28,720 nucleotides of DNA from a virus (IMGVR_UViG_3300040985_001718:1-28720), one strand, 5' to 3'. Positions 15,939 through 26,400 are shown, numbered from the stretch's first letter. Notes: generated from the sequence alone by a model not told the origin. Made by a program: numbers and translations.

Positions 15939-16464
15939 CGACGCTTTCAGTCCTAGCGGCTTCTTTTTCCTCGCGCTTACGGCGTGTCCACCACTTATAA
16001 GCCAGCGGCAAGAGTTGAGTTAGCGCCAGGTAGGCAATAACTGCCTTGATTGCCAGCATTCCTAGCGCGGTCAAATCGTCTTTGGTCTGCTCAATCCAAC
16101 CTTTCGCCTTTTCCTCTGCGGCCTCGGCCTGAGCTTTGGCCGTTGTCGCCAAGTCTCCGGCGATCTCGTCTCGAACCTGCGGCGAGGCTTTCTCGACTAC
16201 CTGCAAAACGAGGCTTTGGAACTGTTCGCGCTGAGCCGCCTCCCGTGCCTCTAGATCGTCGATCTCTTCACCCTGAAAGTAGAGTTCCGCTAGGCCATAC
16301 CCGCCAGCAGCGCCAGCCATTGCGCCAGCAGGACTAAAGATCGCACCGGCTCCACCACCAGCGGCAGCAGCGGAACCCTTCACGATAGATTGACAACTAC
16401 AGCAGGTCAGCATGAATAGGACGATTGCGCCCCATTCATAGGCCGTCAACCGGCTGGACTTCAA
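15889..16464 (-). CDS. Membrane protein: lipoprotein-like signal, glycine zipper, coiled coil and C-terminal TM (candidate unimolecular spanin)
   Basis: TTG start overlapping the upstream TGA; AIVLFMLTCCSC, GxxxG-rich segment, ALGMLAIKAVIAYLALTQLLPLAYKWW. Confidence 0.6.
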   Translation of the reverse strand: MKSSRLTAYEWGAIVLFMLTCCSCQSIVKGSAAAAGGGAGAIFSPAGAMAGAAGGYGLAELYFQGEEIDDLEAREAAQREQFQSLVLQVVEKASPQVRDEIAGDLATTAKAQAEAAEEKAKGWIEQTKDDLTALGMLAIKAVIAYLALTQLLPLAYKWWTRRKREEKEAARTESVVKKVLERSIPPDLGSP

Positions 16465-16562
16465 CCGACTGCGCCCCAAATTCCGGCAGCGCAGAGCGCG
16501 AGGAAGGCCGCTACCTTTTTGCGGTGCAGCCAGAGCATTGCCAAAGTCTTGTTAGATTTCAT
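16461..16562 (-). CDS. 33-aa membrane peptide (MKSNKTLAMLWLHRKKVAAFLALCAAGIWGAVG)
   Basis: Read by hand; GGAAGG before ATG; fills the gap and is coupled to the next gene. Confidence 0.5.
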   Translation of the reverse strand: MKSNKTLAMLWLHRKKVAAFLALCAAGIWGAVG

Positions 16563-16569
16563 CCTTCCG

Positions 16570-16869
16570 TTATACCGTGCCAGGTGGGAAAAGTGCCTTG
16601 AGTGCGTCTACGCCAGCCTTATGCTTCGCCGCCCACTCGGCGACAGGCTCCCAATCTCCATTTGAATCCTTCTCGCGGGGAGTATCAACCTTATGCTCAA
16701 TGCCGTCCGCATCGTTCCATTTTGAGATTAACTTTGGTGATGGGGTTTGCTCAACCATGAGTTGGCCTATCGTTTGGGTTAATTGATCGGATGCCTTTTC
16801 TGTTCGCCCAGATGCCCATACTAGAGTAAGGAGAGCTATGAGTATGAGCGTAAGGGTAAGCGAGCGCAC
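16570..16869 (-). CDS. Signal-peptide or N-terminal TM hypothetical protein
   Basis: MRSLTLTLILIALLTLVWA N-terminus. Confidence 0.65.
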   Translation of the reverse strand: MRSLTLTLILIALLTLVWASGRTEKASDQLTQTIGQLMVEQTPSPKLISKWNDADGIEHKVDTPREKDSNGDWEPVAEWAAKHKAGVDALKALFPPGTV

Positions 16870-16905
16870 TGTTTGGGATATGGCGACCCACCCATCCTAG
16901 CGCAC

Positions 16906-17127
16906 TCATTCCCTTTCTTCCCTATCGTTTAGGATTGCAATGTCTGTTTCATGCTGATACACCATCCGCTTGATCTCCTTTTGAGTGGCAACCACTTCTT
17001 TGAGGACAACTGACGTTTCGTGCCATTGCTTCATTGCCGCTAAGCCCATGCCAAAGCCGCCGATGATTCCAGTGACGGCCACTGGCACTATGATCTTTTC
17101 GTAGAGGTTCATTTTGGAGGCGGTCAT
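16906..17127 (-). CDS. Single-TM plus coiled-coil protein (holin-like position)
   Basis: IIVPVAVTGIIGGFGMGLAAM followed by a heptad-like tail; directly after the tail fibre gene. Confidence 0.6.
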   Translation of the reverse strand: MTASKMNLYEKIIVPVAVTGIIGGFGMGLAAMKQWHETSVVLKEVVATQKEIKRMVYQHETDIAILNDREERE

Positions 17128-17135
17128 CTTTTTAT

Positions 17136-17795
17136 CTATGCTTTCTGGTATTCCAAGCGAACGTCGCAAGTGTATGAGGATAGGTCTACGTTGGACTTGA
17201 GAATGTAGTTCGTCGCATTCAGTTCGGCGTAAATCCTTGCCGTCCCAGAGTCGTAATTGATCTCTGAGGCAGTTGTCCCATTGTGAAACGTATCCTGAAA
17301 CTTAATCGGAGCGGTAAGCGTTACCGATGTAATGCCGTGCGCAGTATTGACAGTGCCAGAGTTCGGGCAGGTAATGCCCTCTAGGCATTTGCTCCAAATC
17401 TTCGCGCCTGATTTGCCATATTTCCCCGTCCAATGCTCGGTAGTTGACCACCGCTCCTGAACTGGGAACCAAAGGCTCTCTTGGCTGGAATAGCAGTTCA
17501 GCTCCTTTTCATCGTGGATAAAGACCTGCATTCCACCAGTTGGCGCGACGAATTGCCAACCGTTCGTAGTGTCGTAGATTGCAAGGTTTCCGTCTTGCCC
17601 CGCCCAATCGCCCGTTGCACTGGCCCCGACGATATACATTTTCCCGTTTACGCCGGTTGGCGGGGTTGTTAAATCTCGATCCTCGACGCGGTGAGCGATC
17701 AGCCCGTCCACGATCTTGAGCGCATCGTTTACCTGCGACTCGTTATTGGTCGCGCCCTCGGTGACGGCTGGAAGCGAAAGGTTAGGGGTAGCCAT
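17136..17795 (-). CDS. DUF2793-domain tail fibre / receptor-binding protein
   Basis: TPNLSLP...VNDAL..VD...DRDLTTPP....G..YIVG.SATGDWAGQDG.LA....GWQF..P. Confidence 0.85.
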   Translation of the reverse strand: MATPNLSLPAVTEGATNNESQVNDALKIVDGLIAHRVEDRDLTTPPTGVNGKMYIVGASATGDWAGQDGNLAIYDTTNGWQFVAPTGGMQVFIHDEKELNCYSSQESLWFPVQERWSTTEHWTGKYGKSGAKIWSKCLEGITCPNSGTVNTAHGITSVTLTAPIKFQDTFHNGTTASEINYDSGTARIYAELNATNYILKSNVDLSSYTCDVRLEYQKA

Positions 17796-18967
17796 TAGTC
17801 AATTCTCGACGCGGTTAGTTTAGCCGATGGTGTGGGAGTTCCACTACCACCTGCATTTGCTGGAATCGTCCAAGTGGAGTAAAGCCCCCACCCGCCGACG
17901 TTGGATTTTTGGTAAATGCGGATATTGGTTGCCGCGCCCGCTGTCAATCCGTCCGTGGAATGCTGCGCAGCGGTGTAACTGGCAGTCTCCGCCGAAACCT
18001 CAATCGTTCGCTCGACCGTGTACGGCCCAGCCACGGAAAGGATCTCCACCTTGTATTCGGCGACATCCTCACCATACGGCCATGCCTTCACGCCAAAGGT
18101 GCGCACTTGGCTCCGGGTTCGACGCGCCCAGTTGATTGTGAGGTTATTGCTGGAATCCCGCGTCCCGTATGCCGCAGCAACCGGCAGCGGAAGCACGTTT
18201 TTACCAGTTGGGGTCAGGGTGAACGGCTCCGCGTCGGCCAAGTCAAAGCCAGCCGTGGCCGCCTTGAAGATCAGTTCTTTGGACAAATCCCCGGCATTGA
18301 TCGGCACGAAAAGCACGCTCGCTGGATCAACCGCGACCACCAAATCGCCAGCATCCCTGCCCGCGATCTCGTTTTCAGTTCCGCGCAAACCCCTCAAAAG
18401 GGCGGAATGCCAGTAAACGCCGTAGGTCGTTCCGTCATCCGATCCAAACCCGGACGAATAGGGAGTAGCTTCGATGGTCTTATAGGCCATGATCTCAGAT
18501 CCGACGATAACCCGATTCGCGCCATTCAAGACCTCTACCTCGGTGGTGGAGGCCGGAGCGTAGGCATCCCGCCACTGAACCGGCATTTTTGAAACGCTCT
18601 CCCAACCTATCGCAAGTTGCGCACCAGCAGCAGCCCGCAGGTATTTCCCGAACGTGCCACTTTCGCCCATTTTATTGGTGGCCGTGGCAAGCAGTTTGCC
18701 CATGTAAGCATGAACCGAAAGCTGGCAGAATTGCGTGAATACGGTTCCACCATCGCGGGAAATGTAAACCACTATCGGTGGAATGCCGCCCACCCTCGCA
18801 GCCGTCCCGTTTCCATCTAGCCCGGTTCCGGCCTCCTTTCCACCTGTCCGAGCGGCAACGTAAACACCCGGCGTCAATTCATCGCCAGGGAATAGCGGCG
18901 GCAGATCCATTACAACCAGGTCAACCGGCGGTGCAATGTAAATGCTATCCCGTGTGCTTGCGCCCAT
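17795..18967 (-). CDS. Tail-tip protein matching the C-terminal part of GTA megatron-like proteins
   Basis: VMDLPPL, VLNGAN...VGSEI, LLRGLRGTE, LTINWARRTR, EYKVEI, RIYQKS..GG.G. Confidence 0.8.
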   Translation of the reverse strand: MGASTRDSIYIAPPVDLVVMDLPPLFPGDELTPGVYVAARTGGKEAGTGLDGNGTAARVGGIPPIVVYISRDGGTVFTQFCQLSVHAYMGKLLATATNKMGESGTFGKYLRAAAGAQLAIGWESVSKMPVQWRDAYAPASTTEVEVLNGANRVIVGSEIMAYKTIEATPYSSGFGSDDGTTYGVYWHSALLRGLRGTENEIAGRDAGDLVVAVDPASVLFVPINAGDLSKELIFKAATAGFDLADAEPFTLTPTGKNVLPLPVAAAYGTRDSSNNLTINWARRTRSQVRTFGVKAWPYGEDVAEYKVEILSVAGPYTVERTIEVSAETASYTAAQHSTDGLTAGAATNIRIYQKSNVGGWGLYSTWTIPANAGGSGTPTPSAKLTASRID

Positions 18968-18969
18968 TT

Positions 18970-20679
18970 CTAGTCATCCCAGAACGTGAAGCCCTGTTCT
19001 ACCGCTACGTCCAAGGTAGCTTCGATTTCGAGCATGAGATTTGCACCAATGTCCACTTGGGAAATCAGCGCGGAGTAGGAGACGCCGCCACTTGTGAAGG
19101 AAATGCGGTCATTCTCCTGCAAGTGAAGGTATCGCGGCGGCAGTTTCATCTTGAAGGTCAGGACGTCGGCGTGCGAGTGCGCCAGCAGCCGGTATGCAAT
19201 CTCTCGCGCATCGCCAGCGGTCAGCGTCATGTCGAAATTGACCGCTAACTTCGTCCATCGGTAGGGTGTTTCCCGGTTGGCGACCGTGCCTTCACTGAGG
19301 TATTGCGCCCTTTCCATGCCCTTTTGGTAGGTTTCGGAGTCGTAATCGGTAAACGATACGGCCACTTCACCCACCCGCTGATCCATAGGCGTTTCCTGCA
19401 CTTTGATCCCGCCACCTGACCCATCGCCCACGAAAGAAGAGTCCACAGCAATCGTGGTTGCGATGTTGTCAGCGCGGTCTACGAAATAGAGCTTCTTGCC
19501 GCGCTCCTGAGCGACGATATCAAAGGCCAGCATCAAGGGTTGCAGAGCTTTCAAACCTTCCATCGGGCCGCGTACAACGTAGCCAAGCACCGTCGCGCTG
19601 TTGTCCACGGCTGAGACGTCGAATTCGGCAGCCTCAAGCCCCGTTTGCAGCAGGATATGCTCGACGATCGCTTTTGGGGTTCGCAATGATGAGTCAGCGG
19701 AAACCACCATTTCAATATTTGGAACCCTGTTGCCAAAGTCCGACATATTGAGTTTTTTCAACGGCAGCCAAGCCATATCGAGCCAGCCGGGAGCGTTATC
19801 AGCCCCAACCTCATCCCGATAAACAGACCAGCTCGAACTATGCGAACCATCGCGCACGGTGGCGATTGTGCCTTGAAATAAGCCGTCAGCCCATCCCGTG
19901 CCAGCAATGCCCGTAGCGGTGATGTCCGTTCCGATGATGCCCGTTGGATCTGCCGCCGTGCCGGAATACTCTTTCGTCTTCCCCTTTTGCGTGCGGAATG
20001 CGGGGAGTCGGCGATATCCAGGGTCTGCGGTCTGCGGAATGTAAAGGAATTCAATCTTGTCTAGGATCTGGTCGGAAGTGTCATTGTTGGCCGCCGTACC
20101 CCATCCCGTCCAGTCGATTCGATCCCCCACCACCCATTTATCGAAGAAGTTGGTTTTCAGGTTGGCGTCGATATCGGTATCGAAAACGATGTATTTCCGC
20201 GTCCCTTGAACCCATACGAAAAGGGCATCCTCGGTAGTCGCGCTCGGCTGAGTCGTCGCCGCGTTGGCGAAAACCCGCTTTTGATCCATGAATACCTGAT
20301 CGACGCTATCAATCGAACCCGGCGACCAGTTCTCACCGAGATAGGAGATCATGGCGATGGCGTCAACGTAATAGGTCGCGCCCGTTTGCAGGTTGTTTTT
20401 GCCCGCTTTAGTGGAGTGCGTAACCGCTTCCGGCGTATCACTGAGCCACCCAATTTGCGCGGCCACCTTGGCATATTGCCCAAAGACCATAGGCACGCCG
20501 TCCCCCTCTGATGCTCCCATGACGCCGAATTCACCCAACCGCCCGGAATCTACCGGGTCAGCAGGAAATAGCGTCGGCATGATGAGCAAATTGTCAATCA
20601 TGCTGCCAGCCATCACCGCGAGCGCGTAACCTCCCGGCCCTGCGCCCGATGCCGCCGACGCAAATGCTACGGTTGCCAT
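18970..20679 (-). CDS. Tail-tip protein matching the N-terminal / Phage-tail_3 part of megatron-like proteins
   Basis: GSMID, ASEGDGVPMVFG..KVAAQIGW, DFGNRVPNI, ALQPL..AF.....E.GKKLYF, LPPRYLHL..ND. Confidence 0.8.
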   Translation of the reverse strand: MATVAFASAASGAGPGGYALAVMAGSMIDNLLIMPTLFPADPVDSGRLGEFGVMGASEGDGVPMVFGQYAKVAAQIGWLSDTPEAVTHSTKAGKNNLQTGATYYVDAIAMISYLGENWSPGSIDSVDQVFMDQKRVFANAATTQPSATTEDALFVWVQGTRKYIVFDTDIDANLKTNFFDKWVVGDRIDWTGWGTAANNDTSDQILDKIEFLYIPQTADPGYRRLPAFRTQKGKTKEYSGTAADPTGIIGTDITATGIAGTGWADGLFQGTIATVRDGSHSSSWSVYRDEVGADNAPGWLDMAWLPLKKLNMSDFGNRVPNIEMVVSADSSLRTPKAIVEHILLQTGLEAAEFDVSAVDNSATVLGYVVRGPMEGLKALQPLMLAFDIVAQERGKKLYFVDRADNIATTIAVDSSFVGDGSGGGIKVQETPMDQRVGEVAVSFTDYDSETYQKGMERAQYLSEGTVANRETPYRWTKLAVNFDMTLTAGDAREIAYRLLAHSHADVLTFKMKLPPRYLHLQENDRISFTSGGVSYSALISQVDIGANLMLEIEATLDVAVEQGFTFWDD

Positions 20680-21125
20680 TCTTTGAGCCTCCAAAAGGAT
20701 TCTACCCGCTGCAACCAGCCATGCTCTAACGGTTCCTCGATCACTCGGTCGGCCACTTCATGGGTATGGATAAATAGCCAAGTACCGCCCACCTGCTCGG
20801 TAATGATTCCCAAATGACGCACTCGCCCCGGTCTTTGCAACCAGAAGCCAACCAATGCGCCACCAGACGGCTTTTCAGCCTCTGTGAACGCCTCGCCAAC
20901 TCGCCCGATAAGTTCCCCGGAATAATCAGAGAAAGGCGCGTAGTCCGCACGGTCTGGCAGCGTGATCCCGCATTCCTTGAACGCTGAGACAACCAGGCCG
21001 GAGCAATCGAGGCCCGTACCCGGCTCCCGGCCTTGCCAGCGAAAAGGGGTTTCGCGCATTTCACGCGCCGCCTTAATTACGTCCAAATAGGCCCACGGCG
21101 CGAAAGGATCGAGGCATTTAGACAT
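20667..21125 (-). CDS. NlpC/P60 tail-associated peptidase
   Basis: TPFRWQGR..G.GLDCSGLV...HLGI...FIH. Start reassigned to ATG 21125. Confidence 0.9.
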   Translation of the reverse strand: MSKCLDPFAPWAYLDVIKAAREMRETPFRWQGREPGTGLDCSGLVVSAFKECGITLPDRADYAPFSDYSGELIGRVGEAFTEAEKPSGGALVGFWLQRPGRVRHLGIITEQVGGTWLFIHTHEVADRVIEEPLEHGWLQRVESFWRLKEWQP

Positions 21126-22083
21126 CCAATTGTCCCGTTTGAACCACTTTTGACATCCCCGGCATATGGGGATAACCGCCAAAGTTTTCGTGGTTGTTGA
21201 CGCCACCGGCTAAGGTCGTGCTTTGGCAGGTATCGAGCTGCTTATCACAGCCAGCTATCAAGTTGAACGTGTCGCCGACCTGGATCTCTGCCCTGGTCGG
21301 GAATTGCAGCACTACGCGGGCATCGTTTGCCCCACCGCCACCGCTGACCTCAACAAAGCTCTTTTTGATCGGGTAGACCTTGCCTTTGTTGTTGCCGGTG
21401 AGCCACTTCAAATGCCCAGCCATGAAGTAATTATCGGACTTTGTATCTGCGATTTCGGAACTTGCGCCCTCGTCATAGCGGAAATTCACCCCGGCATCCA
21501 CTATTGCGGTGACGGCTTGAGCGCTGAACGTGGTCGTTCCGCCAGTCTTCGCAATCCCGCAAGCGTCATCCATGAAAGCGTGCCAGCAACTACGGCCATA
21601 CTGCCGCCCAAACTTGCGCCGAAGCTCAGAGAAAAGGTTGGTGGCTTGCGCCGTCCACTTCTCATCGTCGTACTCAAAGTCGGTAAGGCGCAGCACGTTA
21701 TGTCGAAATGCGCCCATCCAGGGGTAGCGCCAGTCTACCCAAGCAACGTCGAGCTTTGAATCATCGTAAATGCCAGCCCGAATATCCGCACTGGTGATCG
21801 ACGCCGACGAAAACACGCCGGAGAATTCCATACTGGCCGCCTTCATTCCCGCGGATTGGCGGCTCGCGCTGCCGTCCATGCCACTTGAAGGGGTATAGAT
21901 CTCGTCATTTGTCCATAAATCAGCAGACCCGTCAAGGAAGCCCTCGTGGAAGGTCAGCTTGCAATTGTGATCCGTGGTGCGGGAAACCACCCCATCACGC
22001 CGGGTAAGCCGAAAGATCCGGCAGAGGTACATCGCCCCGCCGTCAATCAGGCTTTGCAGTCCTTCCTTGGTGTCGTGAGCCAT
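21118..22083 (-). CDS. Baseplate hub protein (BR0599 / DUF2163 family)
   Basis: LTRRDG....TDH, DI.AG.YD, C.H.F.D..CG, AGCDK...TC, N..NFGGYPHMPG. Confidence 0.9.
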   Translation of the reverse strand: MAHDTKEGLQSLIDGGAMYLCRIFRLTRRDGVVSRTTDHNCKLTFHEGFLDGSADLWTNDEIYTPSSGMDGSASRQSAGMKAASMEFSGVFSSASITSADIRAGIYDDSKLDVAWVDWRYPWMGAFRHNVLRLTDFEYDDEKWTAQATNLFSELRRKFGRQYGRSCWHAFMDDACGIAKTGGTTTFSAQAVTAIVDAGVNFRYDEGASSEIADTKSDNYFMAGHLKWLTGNNKGKVYPIKKSFVEVSGGGGANDARVVLQFPTRAEIQVGDTFNLIAGCDKQLDTCQSTTLAGGVNNHENFGGYPHMPGMSKVVQTGQLDV

Positions 22084-22481
22084 TAAGCCATCCTCACTAA
22101 TCCGCTGTCTCGGCAGTTATAGCCCTTCCAAATATTCGTCTCATTGTTGACGCAAAAAACCACGGCCCGATTGTAGTTAGGGGCATTCTGCGGGCCGACT
22201 TCGCCAAGATAAAGGCCGGTCGGTGAGTAGATCCGAACGCCATAGGTAGCAGCGTCGAGGTTTTCAAAGTAGAACGTAGGGCCACCTTCTGGGATGTTCC
22301 AAGTGATCGCATTCGGAAGGCGTAAATAGGCCGTCGCATTCTGGGGAGTGATCGCCCAAACCCGCTTATAGTTCCAGGCATAGTCCGAATCCATATGGTA
22401 GGCATTCCCCCACGAGCTATAAACCGACCCGTCAAGCGTGAAGTTTTGCCATGATCCGCCCATGAAGTCGAGCATCTTCAT
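22083..22481 (-). CDS. Small beta-rich tail-tip protein, paralogous to the distal-tail C-terminal extension
   Basis: 132 aa filling the gap between distal tail and hub; contains GGPTFYF. Confidence 0.75.
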   Translation of the reverse strand: MKMLDFMGGSWQNFTLDGSVYSSWGNAYHMDSDYAWNYKRVWAITPQNATAYLRLPNAITWNIPEGGPTFYFENLDAATYGVRIYSPTGLYLGEVGPQNAPNYNRAVVFCVNNETNIWKGYNCRDSGLVRMA

Positions 22482-23453
22482 TTAAGTACCCCACACGATG
22501 AACTTCCTCGTTCCACTCGATATGCCCAGCAAGACAACGCACCCTTCCCCGGCGGCGAGCGTTACTTGAGTGACGGCTGCATAGTTTTTGATGATGAGGT
22601 TTCCCGCCGTGCCATCGTGCAGAAAGTAGAAATATGGGCCGCCTAGAGCGTAGTAATTGGTGGGCTGCGGCATCGTGAGCGTGATATCCCCGCTACTCTG
22701 CTCCGTCCAATGCACCCGGCCATCGGCAATACTGATTGAAGCGTCGGCAGCGTGCAGCTTTGCCCCGCCATAGTTGAAGTCATCCGCAACTACGGTTGGA
22801 TCTGCGATCTCCACGATGGGGATACTTGGAACGTCGGCAGTGTTGAAGCTGCTGTGTTTGACCTTGAATAGTTCGTCCGCCCCTTCCCCAAATCGGGTAG
22901 GGATGTCGAACTGGCAACCGGCGTAGATGGTCTTTCCATCCGCGCTGGAATCGGTGATTGTGATAACCCCGGTGGTGGTGTCCACCGTCCAGCCGCTTGA
23001 TTGCTCGGTGGGGGTTGAATCGCCATCGTGATCCCATCCCACCTTTACCGTGCCAGATACCGGCTTAGTCAGATTGCGGTAAACCGTGGAGCTGCCCGAA
23101 GTGTAAGCCTTGCGGAGCTGAATCGTGTCGGTAGCTGAACCGAAAACGCCTAAATCCTGATCGTCCCAGTCCGCCGTACTCCTGCCGGTTGAATCGGTAG
23201 AGAAGTCAGCCCAGTCCTTCCACCTGAACCCGTGCGTGGCGCCCAGCCTTGCGTGATAGAAGGCAAGCACGCTTGTTACGTCGGCATAGCTGCGAATCCC
23301 GTAGGCGGCGTTGAATTGGTGCAGAGCTTGCGACCAGCGCTGCGTCCTGATTTCATGGCCGCTATCGAGCTTTTGAATCAGGGTTGAGAACCCCGGCCCG
23401 CCCTCTGCGCCCCAGGAAATATCAGTAGGGAATTGGACTTCGTGAAATGCCAT
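22482..23453 (-). CDS. Distal tail protein (DUF2460 / TIGR02217) with ~100-aa C-terminal extension
   Basis: MAFHEVQFP.DIS.GA.GGP.F.T...SG.E.R...W, FRWKDWADF, KPVSGTV.V, FD.P.RF. Confidence 0.92.
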   Translation of the reverse strand: MAFHEVQFPTDISWGAEGGPGFSTLIQKLDSGHEIRTQRWSQALHQFNAAYGIRSYADVTSVLAFYHARLGATHGFRWKDWADFSTDSTGRSTADWDDQDLGVFGSATDTIQLRKAYTSGSSTVYRNLTKPVSGTVKVGWDHDGDSTPTEQSSGWTVDTTTGVITITDSSADGKTIYAGCQFDIPTRFGEGADELFKVKHSSFNTADVPSIPIVEIADPTVVADDFNYGGAKLHAADASISIADGRVHWTEQSSGDITLTMPQPTNYYALGGPYFYFLHDGTAGNLIIKNYAAVTQVTLAAGEGCVVLLGISSGTRKFIVWGT

Positions 23454-26400
23454 CAGTTACGCGCCCCCATGCGGCGGAAATCATCTGAGATTTGCCTTCT
23501 CGATTTGCGGAAACTTTCGTAGTCGGCAGCTTTGATGATCACATTGTAATTGTTGACGGTCTGCCCACCACCGCCACCCGCTGCGACTACGCCAAGGTTT
23601 CCTTTGCCGTCGCGCTTGAGTGGCATAACGGCCTCTGGTGATCCCGCTTCGGCAATGACGCCGTGGCCACCGGGGTAGCTGACTGGGGTTGTTTGGGTGA
23701 AAACGTCGCCCATCGCAAAGCGTCGCCCGCCGCCGTCGAACGATCCACCACGGGAAAGGTTTACGCCGGTACTCGCACCACCAGCGCCAGGGTTTGCATC
23801 AGCGCCAATCCCACCAAAAAAGGCATTCATCAGCGCCCGCTTCAGGATCATTTCCGTCATGGCCGCAACCATTCGCCTAGAGAATGCCTCGAAAGCATCT
23901 CCCGCCGATTCTGACCCGGTGATGATGTCGGAGAACATATCCACAAAGGCATTCTGCCCCTCATAGATCAGCCGCATTTGCTGCTCAGCCTCATAGGCCG
24001 CGTCAACGTAACCGAGCAACGCATCCCGCGCCGCTTTGATCTGGATGGCTTGCTCATCGCTGGCATTCGTGAGCAACGCTTGAGCCTCGGCCATGATCTC
24101 GGCCCGCTCGGTCGATTTGCTGTAACTCTCAGCAGTCATTCCGACTGAGTCAACCAGCAGTTTTCGTTGTGCGATTTCCTTTTGAAGCGTCTCAACTCCG
24201 CTCTGAGTGCGGTCGTAAGTTTGGGCGCTGGCTTCCCCTTCGTCCTTGCGCTTTTCAATCAACCGCTGCAATTCAGCGTTTAACAGCTTGAGCGATTCAG
24301 CCTCGCTGTCGCCCAAAATGATCCGCCGTCGCATTAACTCAAGGTCAAACTGCGCATCGGTTGCGGCAGCGGTTCGACCTTCGGCCAATGCTTTTTCTAT
24401 CTCAATCTTTTGCTCCAACTCGGCCCGCATCTCAGCGACGCCTTTAGCGTGCGCAGATAGCTTGTCCGCGCTCTCTTGCGCTTGCGCTTGAGACTCGGTT
24501 TCTAGGTCAATCTGCTTCTTAATGACGCCGTTCAGCCATTCTCTAGCCCTCGCCAAGAGCATGACCTTGGTAGCTTCCATTTGGGTAAGCTCGCCGCCTT
24601 TCTCCTGCTCCGCTTTCAGCAGTTCCCGCGCCACCATCTGCTTGGTGGCCGTATCCTTGGCGGTTTCGCCAAACTGCAACAGGACGCCGATTTCCTGGTT
24701 TACGCCAGAAATATATTTAGCCATCCCGTCGGCAGCATCTTTTTGGAGCAGGTTGAAGGCTTCTTGGGCTACCCCTGCATTCTTCAGATCATCCTCCAGC
24801 GTCTCTAAAGCCTTCTTCCTCGCCTCTGCGAGCTTAATTACATCCTCGCTTTGATACAGAGTTGTTGGCCCGAAGTCCTCCAGCCCTAATTGAGGCTGCA
24901 CTTCACGACTGCGCAACTGCTGACCCATGCCAGGGGGAAGCGCCGCCAGGGCCGCCGCTCCGGGTATCAAATCTCCCACGCGACTCTTGGCGATCTCATC
25001 TTGCTTGCTGGCAAACTCGATTAAGCCCTCTAGCTGCTTAATGCGCGTTGCGATGGCTTCCTCGGCAGCCTTGCCGCCTTCCGCCATGCTCTTAACGTAA
25101 TCCTTCTCCGACATTTCAGAGACTGACCGGCGCAAATCCTCGGACGCCACGAACGCAGCCCTAAACGACTTCTCGGCCTCTTTCGCGCTAGTCGCCGCAG
25201 TGTCGGTATTGATTGCCAGCACTGCAATAGCGCCGCCAAGCAAGGCCGCAGGGAGAATGAACGAACTGGCCGCAAAGCTCGCGCCAGCTAATGCAAATGC
25301 TAGTTTTTGAATTCCCAAAGTCAGCTTGGCCGCCCCAGCGACGCCACCAGAAAGGGCGAGTCCTGCAATGGCCGCAGCCGCCAGCTTGGCAGCAGTTCCG
25401 GCATCATCTAACGCGCCCTCCATTCCGCCTAATATGCGGATAGCGTCCGTCATCGTATCGAGCAACCCCTTAATGGCACCCGTCAACCCAGCGTCGCCGG
25501 TTTCGATCATCAACGCCTGAGTGGCCGATTTCAGCGCATTAAACTTACCAATGATGGTCTTATCCATCGCTTCGGCCATCTCAAGGTGGGCGTTTTTGCT
25601 CTTTTCGACTTCCTCCCAGTTCTCGGTCATCTTCTCAGTCGCAAGCCCCAGCGCTATGGCCGCCGCAGCATTTCTGCGCCCGAATATCTGCGCCGCTATA
25701 CCGGCAGCATCGTAAGCATTGGAAAGCGATCCAAAGCCATCAGATAGTTTTGCGGAAACCTCAAATAGATCATTCGTGGCAGGGTTTACGTCCTCATATT
25801 CCAGCCCCAGCTTGCGCAGACCTTTAATTACCTTTTCCGTTGGATCAGCAAGCGAAAGCAATACGCCCCGGTAATTTGTACCGGCCATGCTTCCCTTGAT
25901 TCCAACGTCGGCGAGCGCACCGATAGCTACCGCAGTCTTTTCAACCGAGATCCCGAACGTGGCCGAAATCGTACCGGCATAGCTCATAGACTCGGCAAGC
26001 TGCCGAACATCCATATTTGCATTGTTTGACGCGACTAGCAGCGTATCCGCCACCCGTGCAGCTTCTCCGGCCTCAAGGCTGAATTGCCTCAGCGTATTGG
26101 CAACAAATCCCGAAGCCTCGCCTAGTTCAAGCTCGGCAGCGGTCGCAAGCGCTAGGGTGTCTTCCAGCGCGACAAGCTGCTCGTTGACCGTGAAACCAGC
26201 CCGCGCAAGCTCAAGCGATCCCTCAGCAGCTTGCTCGGCAGTGAATCGAGTCGTCGCGCCGAGTTGCTTAGTTTTCTTCTCTAAAAGCTCAAGCTGTGCC
26301 GCCGTAGCGCCCGAAACCTTGCCCAATACAACCAACCGCTCTTCATATCCGGCAATAACCCGAATTGCGCTTCCAAGTGTCGCATAAGCTGCAAGGGCGG

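Noticed and set aside
16268-16290. ELYFQG, resembling a TEV protease site (ENLYFQG)
   Set aside because: Incomplete match in a native phage context with no vector features; coincidence.
17136-23453. Interpretation as a host gene transfer agent
   Set aside because: The tail tip is GTA-like, but the long tape measure, different portal type and linked replication/recombination genes indicate a true phage.
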